From assembly GCF_020745735.1 (NCBI RefSeq), contig NC_083417.1:15934001-15998000 (forward strand): a stretch of DNA of 64,000 bases, written 5' to 3'. This document shows positions 26,006-40,176 of this stretch, one piece after another; positions within the stretch are counted from its first letter, which is position 1; the number at the start of each line of letters is the position of its first letter. The position numbers and the translations under genes are program-made. The notes under the pieces are model-generated. The model saw only the letters and a program-made list of their open reading frames with translations. It did no database searches and was not told the DNA's origin. Origin of the DNA: Hemiscyllium ocellatum. Taxonomy: Eukaryota.

Positions 26006-27326
26006 CAGCAAAAAAAACAGACTCTTGCATTAACCATCCTTTTCTCGCGTGTGTGAGTATATGTCTGTGTGTATCTACCAAAGGTAGAGTAACTCCCTCA
26101 ACCGGCCAACATGGATCGAGAGCTATTCTGGTTCCCACTAGCATTGCATTCCACAGACTTTTTTTTAAAAACAAAACAGGATTTTGATTACAATTTTTTT
26201 GCAGAATCAACTTTTTAAAAAAATACGTCCTATTTTTTTACCCAGGCACCTTTTTTTCTTCCTTTTTTCGCAACGCCAGGGTCTCGTTGGATGTTACCCG
26301 GAGAGTATTAACTACTTCAGAATTGGGAAGTGCCTGCTCAGAAGAACTGTTGAAATGTTCTTTAAAATCACCAGCTAGTAAACAATGACTAATTGTTTTA
26401 CAGGTGTCCACAACTCCTATGCATTAATGAACAGGTTAGACAGCATGTGATCTGATTTTTACTGTAAACCATTGAATTGGTCATTTTTAAAATTTTTGTC
26501 AACTTTTTTAATTGATTGAAATGCCAATGTTTAATTTTGTATAATCCATGTTTCTAGCATATAAGCGTGTGAATGTTAGGATAAATGAAAATGATTCAGG
26601 TCTGGTTCAATAATGTCATGACAATTCTTGGGTTACGTGCAGTAAAGGTGTGCAGTTTTCAGTTTTTGATTTCAATTTTTTTTCAGATAAGTCAAGAAGA
26701 ACAATTTGAGGAAATGTGAATTCAATTTGCAAACTTAAGTTGTGGGCATTGTGGGAGTTTAATGGATTGTTCTGTAATTACTGCTAGCATACAAACCTAC
26801 CAGTATATAAGAGATTTTTATTGTAGAGTGGATGGAAAGACAGATTTGATGGCTTCCAATTGTTTCTTGCCTTGGTATTTATCATAAAAATAAAAATTTC
26901 CTGATTTTTAAAAAAATCTTGAGATTATAGAAAAGGGCCACTTGTTGTTTTCTTAACTTCTCATTTGAGTGAAAGTGCATACTTTTACTTCTACTTACAA
27001 TCAGTCAGCATTTTATCAATCATCTTCCTAGATCTTGAAGAAACAAGTGTGCTTCCATTCCATAGGTGCTGAAAGTTGTATGTACCTGGCACAGGTGGTC
27101 ACACTTATATAAAACTAGACATTGAGTTTTGGCAGATTGGGTTCTGCAGCTAAGCTCAGTGGTTCGTGCATTTTCTGACATGGTTGGGGGGTGACGGTGG
27201 CAACGTAAACACCATTGACCCCCAGGACCAGAACATTTGTGCAAATAGTGCCTGCACTGCACCATGTGGAAAATGATGGAATAAAACTTCAGATTCTGAT
27301 CTTTTGTGGCTCATTATAATATTAAA

Positions 27327-27696
27327 GAGGAAAAAGTGGGGACAGCAGATGCTGGAGATCAGAGTCGAGAGTGTGGTACTGGAAAAGCACTGCAGGTCAG
27401 GCAGCATTCTAGGAGCAGGACAATCAATGTTTCGGGCATAAGATTTCTGATGAAGGGCTTATGCCGGAAACGTCGATTTTCCTGCTCCTTGGATGCCACC
27501 TGACCTTTTTTTTTTGGTTACTTACAGTGTGGAAACATGCCCTTCGGCCCAACAAGTCCACACCGACCCGCCGAAGCGCAACCCACCCATACCCCTACAT
27601 TTACCCCTTACCTAACACTACGGGCAATTTAGCATGGCCAATTCACCTGGCCCGCACATCTTTGGACCTGTGCTTTCCCAGTGCCACACTCGACTC
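27327..27696. mobile_element. Fold-back PLE mini-element with a nested HE1 3' fragment (about 27505-27665, -)
   Basis: Inverted pLTR halves meeting at the hammerhead. Flanked by the 17-bp duplication ctcattataa(t/c)attaaa. Confidence 0.8.
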
Positions 27697-28409
27697 ATTA
27701 TAACATTAAATAGGATATAAACTGACTGACAGAATATGTACATTTTTTGCCTTAATACATTTTAAATGTTGTACATTGAAGAGCATTTCTGTGTACATTG
27801 GAAGATAACGAAGTATATAGAAATAAAAGCTTATTTAAATTATGCAGGCAGTCTTTCCAGTGCCAGAATGTCTCCACACAGTAATGTGTGAGACTTGGGA
27901 TGTACACTCTTTTAATGTGGTTCAAATTTCAGTCTTACAGCACAATTACATTAGCCTTTCCAATGCTGTATGGTAATACTCTGCATTGCTATCCTAATCA
28001 AACAGCTCTATGACTTGCAGGAATTTTGATAATATTACAAAAACAATATGATAACTGCATGTTTCCTGTCTTATTGTACTCCTGTCACATTCAGATATGT
28101 TTATATTTTTAGAACTCTCCTAAACTTGAATATCTACAGCATTTAGTGGATGTTTGCACTGGTTATAGTTTTTTTAAACGTGGATTTATCTCCACAGAGG
28201 CTGAACATTAATGTTTTAACTGGTGTTGTGTTCTTGCCCATGTTTTCATGTTGTCTTAACTGTGACTGTGGGAGACTGGATGTTTAATTCGACTGGTATG
28301 TGTTCGAATTTTGTGTAACAGTTATTTATGAGATGAAGGTGTTGTAGGTCAACATTTAATGCTGATCCTAATTGCCCGGATAGCAATTAAGAATCAGCCA
28401 CATTAGTGC

Positions 28410-28565
28410 AACAAACAAAGAACTGCAGATGTTGGAAATCTGAAATTGTTGGAGAAACTCAGATCTGGCAGCATCTGTGGAGAGAAAACAGTCAATGTTT
28501 CGGGTCCAGTGACCCTTCTTATTTCTGAATTTTTCTGGAAGTTTCTGTTTTTGAATTTCAGCATT
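28410..28565. mobile_element. PLE-type palindromic mini-element, family C (other copies near 18848, 24555, 32860, 34440, 55108, 59180)
   Basis: cagatgctgga...aaactcag...gcagcatctgtggagaga...gtttcgggtccagtgacccttc motif and its reverse complement. Confidence 0.7.
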
Positions 28566-30884
28566 TCGGGAATCGGACATAGACCAGACGAGGATGGTAA
28601 ATCTCATTCCCAAAAGGGTATTAGTGTACCAGCTAAGTTTTTACAACGATTTGCAGTGATCATTATTAAGCTAACGTTATTCCAGATTTTTATTGAATCA
28701 AATTTTGTCATGTGTATAGACCCTTCAGTCCAGCTAGTCCGTGCCAAACATATTGCTAAACCAACTAGTCCTACTTGCCTGGTTATGGCCCATATCCTGC
28801 TAAAGCATTCCTATTCATGTACTCACCTAAATGGCTTTTAAATGTTGCAACTGTATCTGCATCCACCACTTTCTCCGGCAGTTCATTCCACACATGAACC
28901 GCTCTGTGTATAGGTAAGGTAGGTAACAGACACTCATTTGAGTATGTCTGCAAATCTATTATTTGAATACGGACAGATAATATTAAAACATCAGAGAGTG
29001 ATCAAAAATTTAAGGTTGTGGCAGAATGCTGAAACTGAGCATTTCTCCTGTTTCTTGTTAAAAGTTTTAGTACTAGAAAGAATTCAGGCTCTACTATAAT
29101 GCATGTTTCGTCAGCACAAATTAGCTATAACTTGATTGAATTGTGGGCATTGTTTGGATAACACAAGCTTTCTACTGAATGGGTAGTCATTTTCTATTAG
29201 CAATCCTCTGCAGCACAATTTTCTATAGCGCGAGGTTGCAGAGGAATGCGACTGTCATGTTATAGCAGAACAAATGCTAGGTGAAAGTTAGTAGACATTT
29301 AAACAGTGCATTTTCATTCTCAACATTTTGAATTCCAGCACTTCTGGTTTTATCTTTACCATGTGTGTTTTCTGGTCTTGGTTTCGGGTAATGCAAATAA
29401 CTAAAGCAGTCAAATGTGAAAACTTATTGTCATTCATTCAGTGCTGTTAATTTGTTGATAGCTGTGTCTGATGCAAAGCCAACTCTAGGTGGGAGAAAGA
29501 GCACACTCATGACCTGACGCCATGGAATGATGGAAGGAAATGCTGTTGATGAAATTGTGATTAATAGAGTTCAAGACTTGGAGACCTGAATCACGCTAAT
29601 CCCACATTAAGGGTGAGTGATGGAGGAAACCAGTGCAGCAGCAACCCTACTTATGGCCTCTTGGCTCTAGAAGGTCTCATGCCTACCTGCACCATTTCCC
29701 ATGGATATGTATTTTGATGGTAATTGCAAGGAGTGGGCACACATGCCAACCCAGACAAATCTGCTTATGCTGATGTCACTGCAGGAATGTAGTGAGCTGT
29801 CATGGACTGTCTTTGAGTACCTTTCCATACTGAGCTTGATAGATTTTTATTGGTTATAGATATCAAGAAATATGAAAGGACAAGAAAATATTACATTTAT
29901 GTAGTGGCCTCCATGGGGCATTTCAAATGCTTCACAGTCAATTAAGTTTTATTTTTGCCCTGCAGTGGGGTATATTTTGAAGTTTCCTTGGAGACAGTAC
30001 AAGAACCATTGCTTTTCTTGAGCTCGACTTGGATGTTTTGAGCACAGTTTCAAAATTTGCAGATGACATCAACTTCAAACTGTTGATGACGGTGATAGAT
30101 GTAAGACGTAGGCAAGCTAGTGAAATAGGCAAATGTGGCAGAGAAAAGTGAATAGTACATTTTGGGAGGAACTCCAACGTAAGGCAATCTATAAAATAAA
30201 GGACAAATACTAAAGGAGTTGTAGGAGCAGAAAGACCTTGGGAGTATATAGGCTCAAATCATTGAAAGGGGTATGGGCAGGTTGAGAAAATGATTGAAAA
30301 GAATAAGGGATCCTGGGTTAAAAATGTCATCATTATCAAAAACAGCAATTTCCTAACATGACTTGCTGACATTTTTAGCTTTAAAGAATGCTTATCCACT
30401 CAGTTCTTGAAGAAACGCTCATGAAGTAATTAAAATTGAGCTTATGTTAAAAGAATTTAAATGTGGAGGGATCTTGAGGAGTTGAGAAAGTATCAAACTT
30501 GTATGAAATAACTGTTCAGAACTGGTGAATGTCCATGGCAATATTCTGGCCAAATCCATTCACAAAGAATGAATAGAGAACCAAGTAAAGTTTAAAAAGT
30601 GGCTAAATTTACCATTCATTTTTAATACTGTCCTTAGTGCATTACTCTTTAATATATCTTGAACATCTCCAGTCGAGGCTTCTTTTGTCTGAGCAGAACG
30701 TTCCTGTGCAAATGATGCTCCTCTTAAGTTTTGCCCTGTAGCATGCAAATTCTTAACACTCCAAACTTATGGAATCCATCAGGCCCATGATATTTGAAGT
30801 GTCTACATTTTATTCTGTGAAGATAAGGATCAGATTCCTTAGTGTTCCTCCACAGTCTTAAGGACTCGAGAGTCTTTTCCATTC

Positions 30885-31270
30885 ATGTTGTGGCTCAATT
30901 GGTAGAACTGTCTTCTGAGTCAGTCTGGTTTCAGCACAAAAATCAAGGTAAACATTCCAGTACAGTGCTGAGTATAATCACTGTCAAAGTAGTATATTTT
31001 GCATGAGAGGTAAAACTAAAGCCCCATCTGCCTGCTTAGGTGAGTGTAAGAGCTGTCACTGGGTTGTTTTGAAGAACAGCAGGGAAGTTTGCTTTTGTGT
31101 CCTGGGTGATACTTATCTCTCTGGCTATCATTACATTGGTTTTTGAAAGAATTTGCATGCAAATTGACTGCTGTATTTCCTAAATAACTATTGCTTTAAA
31201 GTATTTGATGTAAAACATTTTGATACATCCATTGGCCATGAAAGGCAGTGTACATGTGCAAGTGTCTACT
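30885..31270 (+). mobile_element. DeuSINE (SacSINE1-like), old copy
   Basis: tRNA-like head followed by the decayed Deu domain (gatgag..taaa..gccccatctgcc...gaagaacagcaggg..gtcctgg...caaattgactgc) and tail atgaaaggc..tgcaagt. Other copies at about 32040-32385 (+), 35590-35860 (-), 43085-43330 (+) and 63570-63775 (+). Confidence 0.7.
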
Positions 31271-34200
31271 TTTAATATGAAGTCTTTATTGATCCAACTA
31301 TGTCATTCAACATTTTCCTTGCACTAGTCACTTGCTCAAAGAATAACTGGTAGAGTAATAAGGGAGCCCATGACTCTCTCTGGATTTTCAGAAGTTACTT
31401 GATAAGGTATGGAGGGTAGTGGACTAGTGTAGGTTAGGTGGGCTTGGATCGGCGCAACATCGAGGGCCAAAGGGCCTGTACTGCGCTGTATTTTTCTATG
31501 TTCTATGTATCACAAGATATTTCATTTTCATTTTCTGACATTGAATAAAAGCTGGTTATTCATGCGGAAATGCCCTTGCGCTTAATTCATTGTATTAAAA
31601 ATTTTGTAGGCTTGACTGGATTTTGTTCTTCCCATCTTCACATTTAAAGTTTCTTAAGACTGCTTTAATTGTCAAAAGTCTGCATTGAATGAATTGTGCA
31701 TCCAACTCCAACTGAATATTTTCCAAAACACTTCTGCCAAAAGCCCATCGATTTCGGTGTTGTATTGCTGATCCCATTTTATTTCATTCTTGCCCAAAGG
31801 CTGAATGAATTTATCCAGTTTCCAAGATTATGGCTTTATGTAATTGTTGACTATATCTTTACTTCATGTTGCTTTTTTTTGTTTCTACATTTCATCTAAT
31901 TAATTGCCACCCGCAGAGGAATCTAATGGATTTACAAGTTAAATGTGTAGTTATTTTCACAGTTCTTTTAACATAATACTGCATGAAGTAGTGAAACTGT
32001 TTGTCTGACTCATGAAAGTATTGATGAGCACAGCACTCTATGCAGTCTTTCCAGTACATTGCTACGAACAGAGGTCGTCAGAGGTGCTATCTTTTGGAAG
32101 ACATCACGGGCTGAGGTTTTATCTGACCCCTCATAGATATAGAAAACTATTTTGAAGAACAAGGTTTTTATCCCCCATGTCCTGGATGAAGTCTTTGTTA
32201 CCTAGTGTGGTGGCGACACGTCCGAAATTGAACCTTCCAGCTAAGCGGACAAACCTATATCCAGATCAATGTGACAATTAGCTGCTACATTTCTTAAGTT
32301 ACAACACTTATAAAAGTACTTCAGCTGTAAAGCATTTTGGGATGTCAGACACTCATGAGGCAGCTATATAAATGTTACTTTTTCAGGAAGGCTGGTTATA
32401 GGTTGCTTTTGCTATCTCCAGTAATTATTCCAATAAACTCCTGGTTCGTCTTCCATGTGCTACCCTTTACAAATGTTGGATTATTCAAAACTGTCTGTGT
32501 ATCTCTGACTCTATCTGATTATTAGTCCTGCTTGTCAACTTCTCCTGTGTGCACTGATTTACTTTGACTCCTGAACAAACAGTACCTTGATTTAAAAGTG
32601 ATCTTTATTTTCAAATCATTCAACAGCCTTGGGCATGTCCACTCCAGTCTGTAATCTTCTTTGGTCCTGGGACACTGTAGATCTCCGTGCCAAGTCTTCT
32701 CTTAGGCATAGCCATTTATAATTATTTCATTGGCTTCAGTTGCCTACACCCTGAGGTTAGTACGTCCTTGCTGTGTGTCTTCACCTCTACCTCTTTAAAA
32801 CCATCTCCTGATTAAGCTTTTGGTCATTTGACTCATAGGAAAAATTAAACCAATGTTAACAAAATCAGAAATTCAGCAGGTCAGGCATTATTTGCGGGAA
32901 GAAAGCAAAGTTAACTGAGTCAGGTGACTCTTCAAACTCTGAAGAGACATTTAACTCTGAATTCTTACTGCAGATGCGTCCACACCTCCTGAGTTTTGCC
33001 AGCAATTTCTGTTTTTCTTTCGGATTTCAAGTGTGGCTGGTGTCTCTTCTACCTCAGCCCTTTTTGACTTATGCTCCAAAACCAGTTAAAAGTGTCCAGT
33101 TATTAACTTTGGTATAATTAAACAAACTCAACATTGCCAGGTTATGAAATATTGTTTGCTAATCAATGTCAGAGCAGGTGATGAGCTTAACCACTTTAAC
33201 ACTGGGGTAATCCCACTATGGTGGTAGATACATATTACAGTAGATTAAATATTTTTCAGTCAGAATAATTCGATACAAAAGGACATTAAACCTATATTGT
33301 ACCAATACTGGTTCTTTTGTAAAGCTATTCAATCAATCCCACTCCTTTGTTCCTTCCACAAAACAGCAGCATTTATTTTTCATTAATTCACTAGATATTG
33401 GCAAGGCAACCATTTGCTTCCCCTTAATGGGGCTGGAGCTGCTTTTCTTGAACCTGATGCATTCCATGTGACAGTGTGTTCTCCCCTTGAAATATTTATT
33501 CGGTTTTCTTTTGAATGTAGGATTGAATCTGCATTTAATATCCTTTCATCCAGTGCACTCCATATCACAACATAAAAAAACTCATGTCACCTCTGGTACA
33601 CTTGCACCTTAAAATCTGTCTATTCTAATTACTAGTCCTTCTGCCTCCAGAAACACACATTTATTGAAAGAAACATTTTATTTGAGTCGATTGCAAAATC
33701 TTGGCATATGATTAATTTTCTTTGTCACATTTTGTGCGCAGTGATACACTGCTCAGTAATGTGTGCTTTTTGCCTTTTACTAAATTCTACATGATTGAAA
33801 CAGCTGAACGAAATTATTTAAATATTGTTTGTGTACAAGAATTAAAATCGTTGCACTGTGACTACAACTCTTATGGAAGCCTACATCCCTCAAGTCTTAA
33901 ACACTGAGATCAATCTCTTAGAGATTAGCAAATGCTGAACATAATTTGCTGGCAGACACACATTCATGTGAGAAAGACTGCTTGCCCAGTAGCAATGCAG
34001 ACACATTGTAATAAAAAATGTTTTGGCTGTCTGCTTTGTGCCTTTAGGAAACTCCAAGCTGTGTAATGATATGGTCCTTTGTATGGTACAACATGAGAAT
34101 GTCAGTGTGGTGTGGAAGTGCATTCATCCAGTGTTGAAGGGTCAATGCGTTTGCTGTATGGTAACTGAATATAAATTTGAGAGCTGTGATAATTGAACAA

Positions 34201-36930
34201 ATAAAGGGAGGCATTTTCTTAACCTAATATGTAAATCCTATACACCAAACAGTATAATACATTTTAAGAGTTGGACCGAAGGGTCTGTTTCTGTGCTGTG
34301 CATGTCTATGACGCTAAGAGGTTATCTTGTTGGATGATGGTAGCATTCCTACATCTGGACCAGAATCTTTAGCTTCAAGTCCTACCTCAGGACTTGGTGG
34401 TTATGAAAGGTGTGTCATGAGGTGAGTAAACAGATGATCAAAGAACTGAAAGACCTATGGATGCTGGAAATCTGAAATAAAAATAAATTGCTGGAATATC
34501 TCAGCAGGTCTAGCGGCATCTGTGGTAAGAAGTCAGTGTTGAGTTCTGAAGAAGGGTCACTGGATCTGAAACGTTAACTGCTTTCTTTCTACAGGTTGAT
34601 AATTAATCTGTAAATGTTTAGGTGGTAAGAGTGGGAGAGGTTACAGTATGGAAAGGGGCCCTTTGACTATCATATCCATGTTTGCATCAAATGTCTGTTC
34701 ATTCCGATTCCATTTCCCAGCATTTGACCCATAGCTTGTACGTTATGCTGTATCGAGTGTTGCGTAATTAGTTCTTAAGTGTACTGATGGTTCCTGCCTT
34801 TAGCAGTCTTAGCGGAATGTTCCTGATACCTCCCTCTGGGTGAAAAATAATTTATTAAATCTTGTCAAAACTCTTGCCTTAAATTTATCCCTGCTCGTAA
34901 TTGACGCATTTCCAAAAGGGGGACATTAATTCCTATCAATCTTGTGCCCCTTATAATTTTATACACCTCAATCAGGATTTCCTTGTCTTTGCACACCCCT
35001 CCATCTTCCAGCCTTCTCTGTTACAAGGAAGACAACCAGAAGAGAAACAGAACCTTGTGGTATGTGGAGTGAAACTCCCTCCCTGTATTAGACTCATTCT
35101 GAGGGGCTAGAGTCATTTAAAATAAATGTAATATTATTTTGTTCACCAATTTCAAGAAATTGTAAGCTACTTCCATTTGATGAAACAAAACTTTGGGAAT
35201 TATGCCAAGCTTCATAAATTCCCTATCAATAATTTACAAGAGCATTTAGCTTTCTTTCTAGTGACCACTCATGTTCAATAACAAATTTTTTCACACTATT
35301 TTAGGATGGGAGAACTTCTACGGTGTCAGTCTGTGTAGTGGTACAAAATGCTGGATGCTTAAACAATGCTGTGTCTTTAACATTGTAGAGATAAGTTCCC
35401 AAACCCTATTGGGATACTGTTGGGACTTAATTTGAAATTGCACATTTGTTTAGGAAACATACAAAATAGCGGTGCATCTCTCAATTGTAAGACATGCTGA
35501 AATATTTTACAGCCTATCTAGTGCTTTTGCAGTTTGTAAAAAAAAAACTCTAGCAAATTTGCACATAGCTAACTCTGAAGTGTAGTAAAACAATAATGAC
35601 CAGATAACCTGTTTTGATAAATGATTGAGGGGTCAATTTTGGCTTGGTCCTCAGGCATAGCTCCAGTGCCAAGGGAACTTTTGCATCCATCTGAGAGCGC
35701 TTAACATTTCCATATGAAAGACAACACTTTCACCAATGCAGCACATTTGCAACTGCTCTGCAGTCATCTGTGAGTTTTGTTCTCGGGTTCTTAAGTGGGA
35801 CTTGAACCACCAACTTTCTGACTCAACAGTAAGGGTTTTGCCTGCTGAGTCACAGTTGACACCATTCAAATGGAAGCAGCGTCCCATTTCTCGAAATGGC
35901 TAGACAAAAAAAAACTTTTGTGTTAAACGGCAATAGAATCTCTAATGAGGCAGTTGAGATCAAATTACATTGTGTCAACTGCATTCATATTTGGCAGCTT
36001 TCCCACCCCCATCCTGATTGCATCTCCAACTTCCTGTTGAATGTTAAGACTTAGGTAAACAAAATATCCTTCACTTTAATGTTGATAAATCAAAACCGTT
36101 CTTGTAGCTCCATGTCGGTATCTTGAGAGTCCATTAACATTGCTCACTGATATTCACTGTACTCTATTTGAGACTGAGATTCTTTCCCACATCCATTACC
36201 TCACCAAAATCACTCTGCTCCAACTCTGTTCCTGCTTCTATCATGTTTTTCATTCATGACGTCAACTACTAACACCATCAGCCTTTCTGTTTCAATAGGT
36301 CACACCTGAATCACGATGATGTGTCCTGATGTCCTTCTCTGCACTAAAGCTTGCCTTTCCTTAAGCTCCTGACTTATTGCACACTCTCAGATAAAATCTG
36401 CGTGTTCAGATTCCTCCCTGGCCTCTTGATCTCTTCCTCGTGCTTACATACCTTTGCATGTATTTTCCAATTCTCTGGCATCAATGTACTCATTTCCTGC
36501 TCTAGTACTAGTGATTATTCCTTCAGCTGCTTCATCTACACCCTCTAGAATTTCCTCTCAACCTTTTGCAGTCTCCTCCCTTCTGGCTTTAACCCCATTT
36601 AACTGTATTTTCATACTGAATTTATTTCTTCCCTCAGTCTTAAATAAGTGTTCTTAAAACAGCACTGCGATATCAGAAATGTCTGACATTGTCTAACTTT
36701 AGACTGCAGTTTTATCTCCCAAATTCTTGCACCATCTCCACAATAACACAAACTTAAAAATAAAATGATAATTTATTCAGCATTGTTTGAGTCCATGCTA
36801 ACTGGGTTAATGCAGTCAATAGCACATTTCATTTGTCTTATGTCTTGTCCCCCGACACCCATAGCAGCCATGTCTGGCATATCACAAATTATTTTATAAA
36901 GATACTTAAATTTTCTCGCTGTATTCTAAT

Positions 36931-37150
36931 TGTAGTGATTGAAAGAAGGTAAACCAGGCGCACCTCAATATGGGTTCCCTGAGTGGGGCTGTTAACCTGA
37001 TCCAATCAGAGTCCTGGCTGACAGAAATAAACAGGAACGTCTGGTTTCTGCTCACTACAGGAGCCAGCTCAGCTGGCTGATCAGTGTCATGTGCTGTGCA
37101 GACGTAAATAAAGGATGACTTGGTGACAGGATACTGGCCTTTGTGGAGTT
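36931..37150 (+). mobile_element. Solo LTR (Gypsy-like), 3' end eroded
   Basis: Starts TGTAGTG. Has CCAAT, a TATA-like aataaa, and polyA-signal AATAAA followed by a short U5-like segment. Confidence 0.55.
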
Positions 37151-39483
37151 AGGCGATTAAGCTTCCCTTTGAAGTTTTTTTTTAAAACAGATAATTGGTC
37201 TGATCTGATGATTCACCTGTTTGGGATATTTTGGTAAAGAAGTCTTAAAGTTGCCATCTCTTTCAGAGTCAAATACTGTGGTGAAGTTTTAAGAATGAAC
37301 ATTGGAGTGAATCATAGGACACTTTTAGGCACCAGCGAGTCTAGCTTCGTAGTAAATGGACGTCGATGCTCATAGAACATTACAGTGCAGTACAAGCTCT
37401 TCAGCCCTTTATGTTGTGCTGACCTGTGAAACCAATCTGAAGCCCATCTAACCCACACTATTCCATTATCATCCAATGACCATTTAAATGCCCTTCATGT
37501 TGGTGAGACTACTGTTGTTGCAGACTAGCCATTCCACGCCCCTACTACTCTGAGTAACATAACTACCTCTGACATCTGTCCTGTATCTATCACCCCTCAG
37601 TTTAAAGCAATGTCCCCTCGTACTAGCCATCACCATCCAAGGAAAAAAGCTCTCTCTGCCCACCCTACCTAATCCTCTGATCGGTTTGTCCCTTCTTAAC
37701 CTCCTCCTCTCTAACAAAAGCAGCCTCAAGTCCCTCAGCCTTTCCCCTTAAAACCTTCCCTCCTTACCGGGCACCATCCTGGTAAATCTCCTCTGCACCC
37801 TTTCCAATGCTTCCACATTCTTCCGACAATGCAGAGACCAGAATTGTTCACAACACCCTAAGTGCAGCCACATCAGAGTTTTGTACAGCTGTAACATGAC
37901 CTCATGGTTTTGAAATTCAGTCCCTCTACCAATAAAAGCTAACACACTGTATGCCTTCTTAACAACCCTAACAATCTGGGTGGCAACTTTCAGGGATCTA
38001 TGCACATCCACACTACCAAGAATTTTATCATTAGTCCAATATTCTGCATTCCTGTTACCCCTTCCAAAGTGAATTACCTAACACTTTTCCACATTAAACT
38101 CCATTTTCCACCTCTCTGCCCAGCTGTGCAGCTTATGTATGTCCCTCTGTAACCTCTAACATCCTCTGCCACTATCCACAACTCTACCGACCTAGGTGTC
38201 ATCTGCAAATTTACTAACCCATCCTTGTACGCACTCATCCAGGTCATTTATAAAAATGACAAACAGTAGTGGCCACAAAACAGATCCTTGCAATACACCA
38301 CTGGTAACTGAATTCCAGGATGAACATTTCCCATCAACCACTAGCCTCTGTCGTCTTTAAGCTAGCCAATTTCTGATCCAAGCCGTTAAATTGCCTTCAA
38401 TCCCATGCCTCCATATTTTCTGCAATAGCCTACCATGGGGAATCTTATCAAACACTTTACTAAAATCCATATGCAGCACATCAACTGCTTTACCCTCGTC
38501 CACCTGTTTGATCACTTCCTCAAAGAACACAATAAGGTTTGTGAGGCACAACCTATCATTTACAAAACCGTGTTGACTACCCTTAATCAAATTATTGCTT
38601 TCAAGATTATTATAAATCCTATCTCTTATAATCCTTTCCAACACTTCACCCACAACTGAAGTAAGACTCACTGGTCTGTAATTGCCAGGGTTGTCTACTC
38701 CCCTTCTTGAACAAGGGGACAACATTTGCTATCCTCCAGTACTCTGGCACTATTCCTATAGACAATAACAACATAAAGTTGAAATCCAAAGACTCTGCAA
38801 TCTCCTTCCTAGCTTCCCAGAGAATCCGAGAATAAATCCCAACCAGCCTAGGGAATTACCTATTTTCACACTTTCCAGAATTATTTTGACCACGTCCTTA
38901 TGAACCTCAATCCTGTCTAGTCAAATAGCCTGTATCTCAATATTCTCCTCAACAACATTGTCTTTTTCCTGTGTCAATGCTGACAAAAAAATTTTCATTT
39001 AGCATCTCTCTTATCTCTTCAAACTCCATATGCAATTTCCCACTATTGTCCCTGACAGGCCCTAATCTTACTCTAGTCATTCTTTTATTCCGGACATGGC
39101 ATTAGAAAGGTTTAGGGTTTTCCTTAATCCTATCTGCCAAAGATTTCTCATGTCCTCTCCTGGTTCTTTTTAGCTCTCTCTCGAGGTCCTTCATGACTAA
39201 CTTGTAAGACCAGGCATTTGAACTGAGCCTCACCTCTCTTCTTTCATAAGCCTCCTCCTTCCTCTTGACAAGAGCTTCAACTTCTTTAGTAGACCACGGT
39301 TCCCTCGCTCAACCTCTTCCTCCCTACCTGACAGGAACATACTTATCAAGGACAAGCAATAGCTGTGCCCATTTCAATTGTGCCCATCCCTTGCTGTTTC
39401 CTTTCACATCCTATGCATCCTAAATTTTACCTGATTGCATCATAATTGCCTTTCCCCAGCTCTTGCCCTGCAGTTATATATCT

Positions 39484-39535
39484 GTGGTGAGCATTGCTGC
39501 CTTCCAAGCAGTTGACCCGGGTTCGATTCCCGGCC
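39484..39535 (+). pseudogene. tRNA-Gly(TCC) internal fragment, about nt 15-66
   Basis: gtggtgagcat(t)gctgccttccaagcagttgacccgggttcgattcccggcc matches vertebrate tRNA-Gly-TCC with one mismatch. Anticodon TCC is at 39503-39505. Acceptor stem is missing. Confidence 0.9.
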
Positions 39536-39567
39536 GTCATAGTGTTATGGTTTCTAAATTGTCGTTT

Positions 39568-40176
39568 ACCAATATCATTTATTGTATCTTTTGCTCCCGA
39601 TGTGGTCTCCTCTATATTGGGGAGACTGGATGCCTCTGAGCACAGTGCTTTAGGGAACATCTCTGGGACACCCGCACCAATCAACCACACCGCCCTGTGG
39701 CCCAACATTTCAACTCCCCTTCCCACTTTGCCGAGGACATGGAGGTCCTGGGCCTCCTTCACCACCATTCCCTTATCACCCGATGCCTGGAGGAAGAACG
39801 CCTCATCTTCCACCTTGGAACACTTCAACCCCAGGGCATCAATGTGGACTTCAACAGTTTCCTCATTTCCCCTTCCCCCACCTCACCCCAGTTCCAAACT
39901 TCCAGCTCAGCAATGTCCCCATGACTTGTCCTACCTGCCTATCTTCTTTTCCACCTATCCCCTCCCCCCCCCCCCCCCGCCTATCGCCTTCATCCCCTCC
40001 CCCACTCACCTATTGTACTCTATGCTATTCCCACCTCCACCCTCCTCTCACTTATCTCTCCACCCTTCAGGCTGTCTGTCTGTATTCCTGATGAAGGGCT
40101 TTTGCCCGAAATGTCGATTTTACTGCTCCTCGGATGCTGCCTGACCTGCTGTGCTTTTCCAGCACCACTCTAATCT
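39568..40176 (+). mobile_element. Penelope-like element 3' fragment
   Basis: GIY-YIG remnant (QHFNSPSH...LEEERLIFHLGTLQPQGINVDF) and a pLTR with a hammerhead core at about 40089-40116. Confidence 0.85.

Noticed and set aside
25049-26011. 320-aa antisense ORF over MPLKIP
   Set aside because: Shadow ORF in GC-rich coding DNA, with no recognisable domain and a non-ATG start.
39484-39535. Functional tRNA-Gly gene (also 44318-44370)
   Set aside because: Lacks the 5' 14 nt and the 3' acceptor end, so it cannot form a cloverleaf. No Pol III terminator follows.
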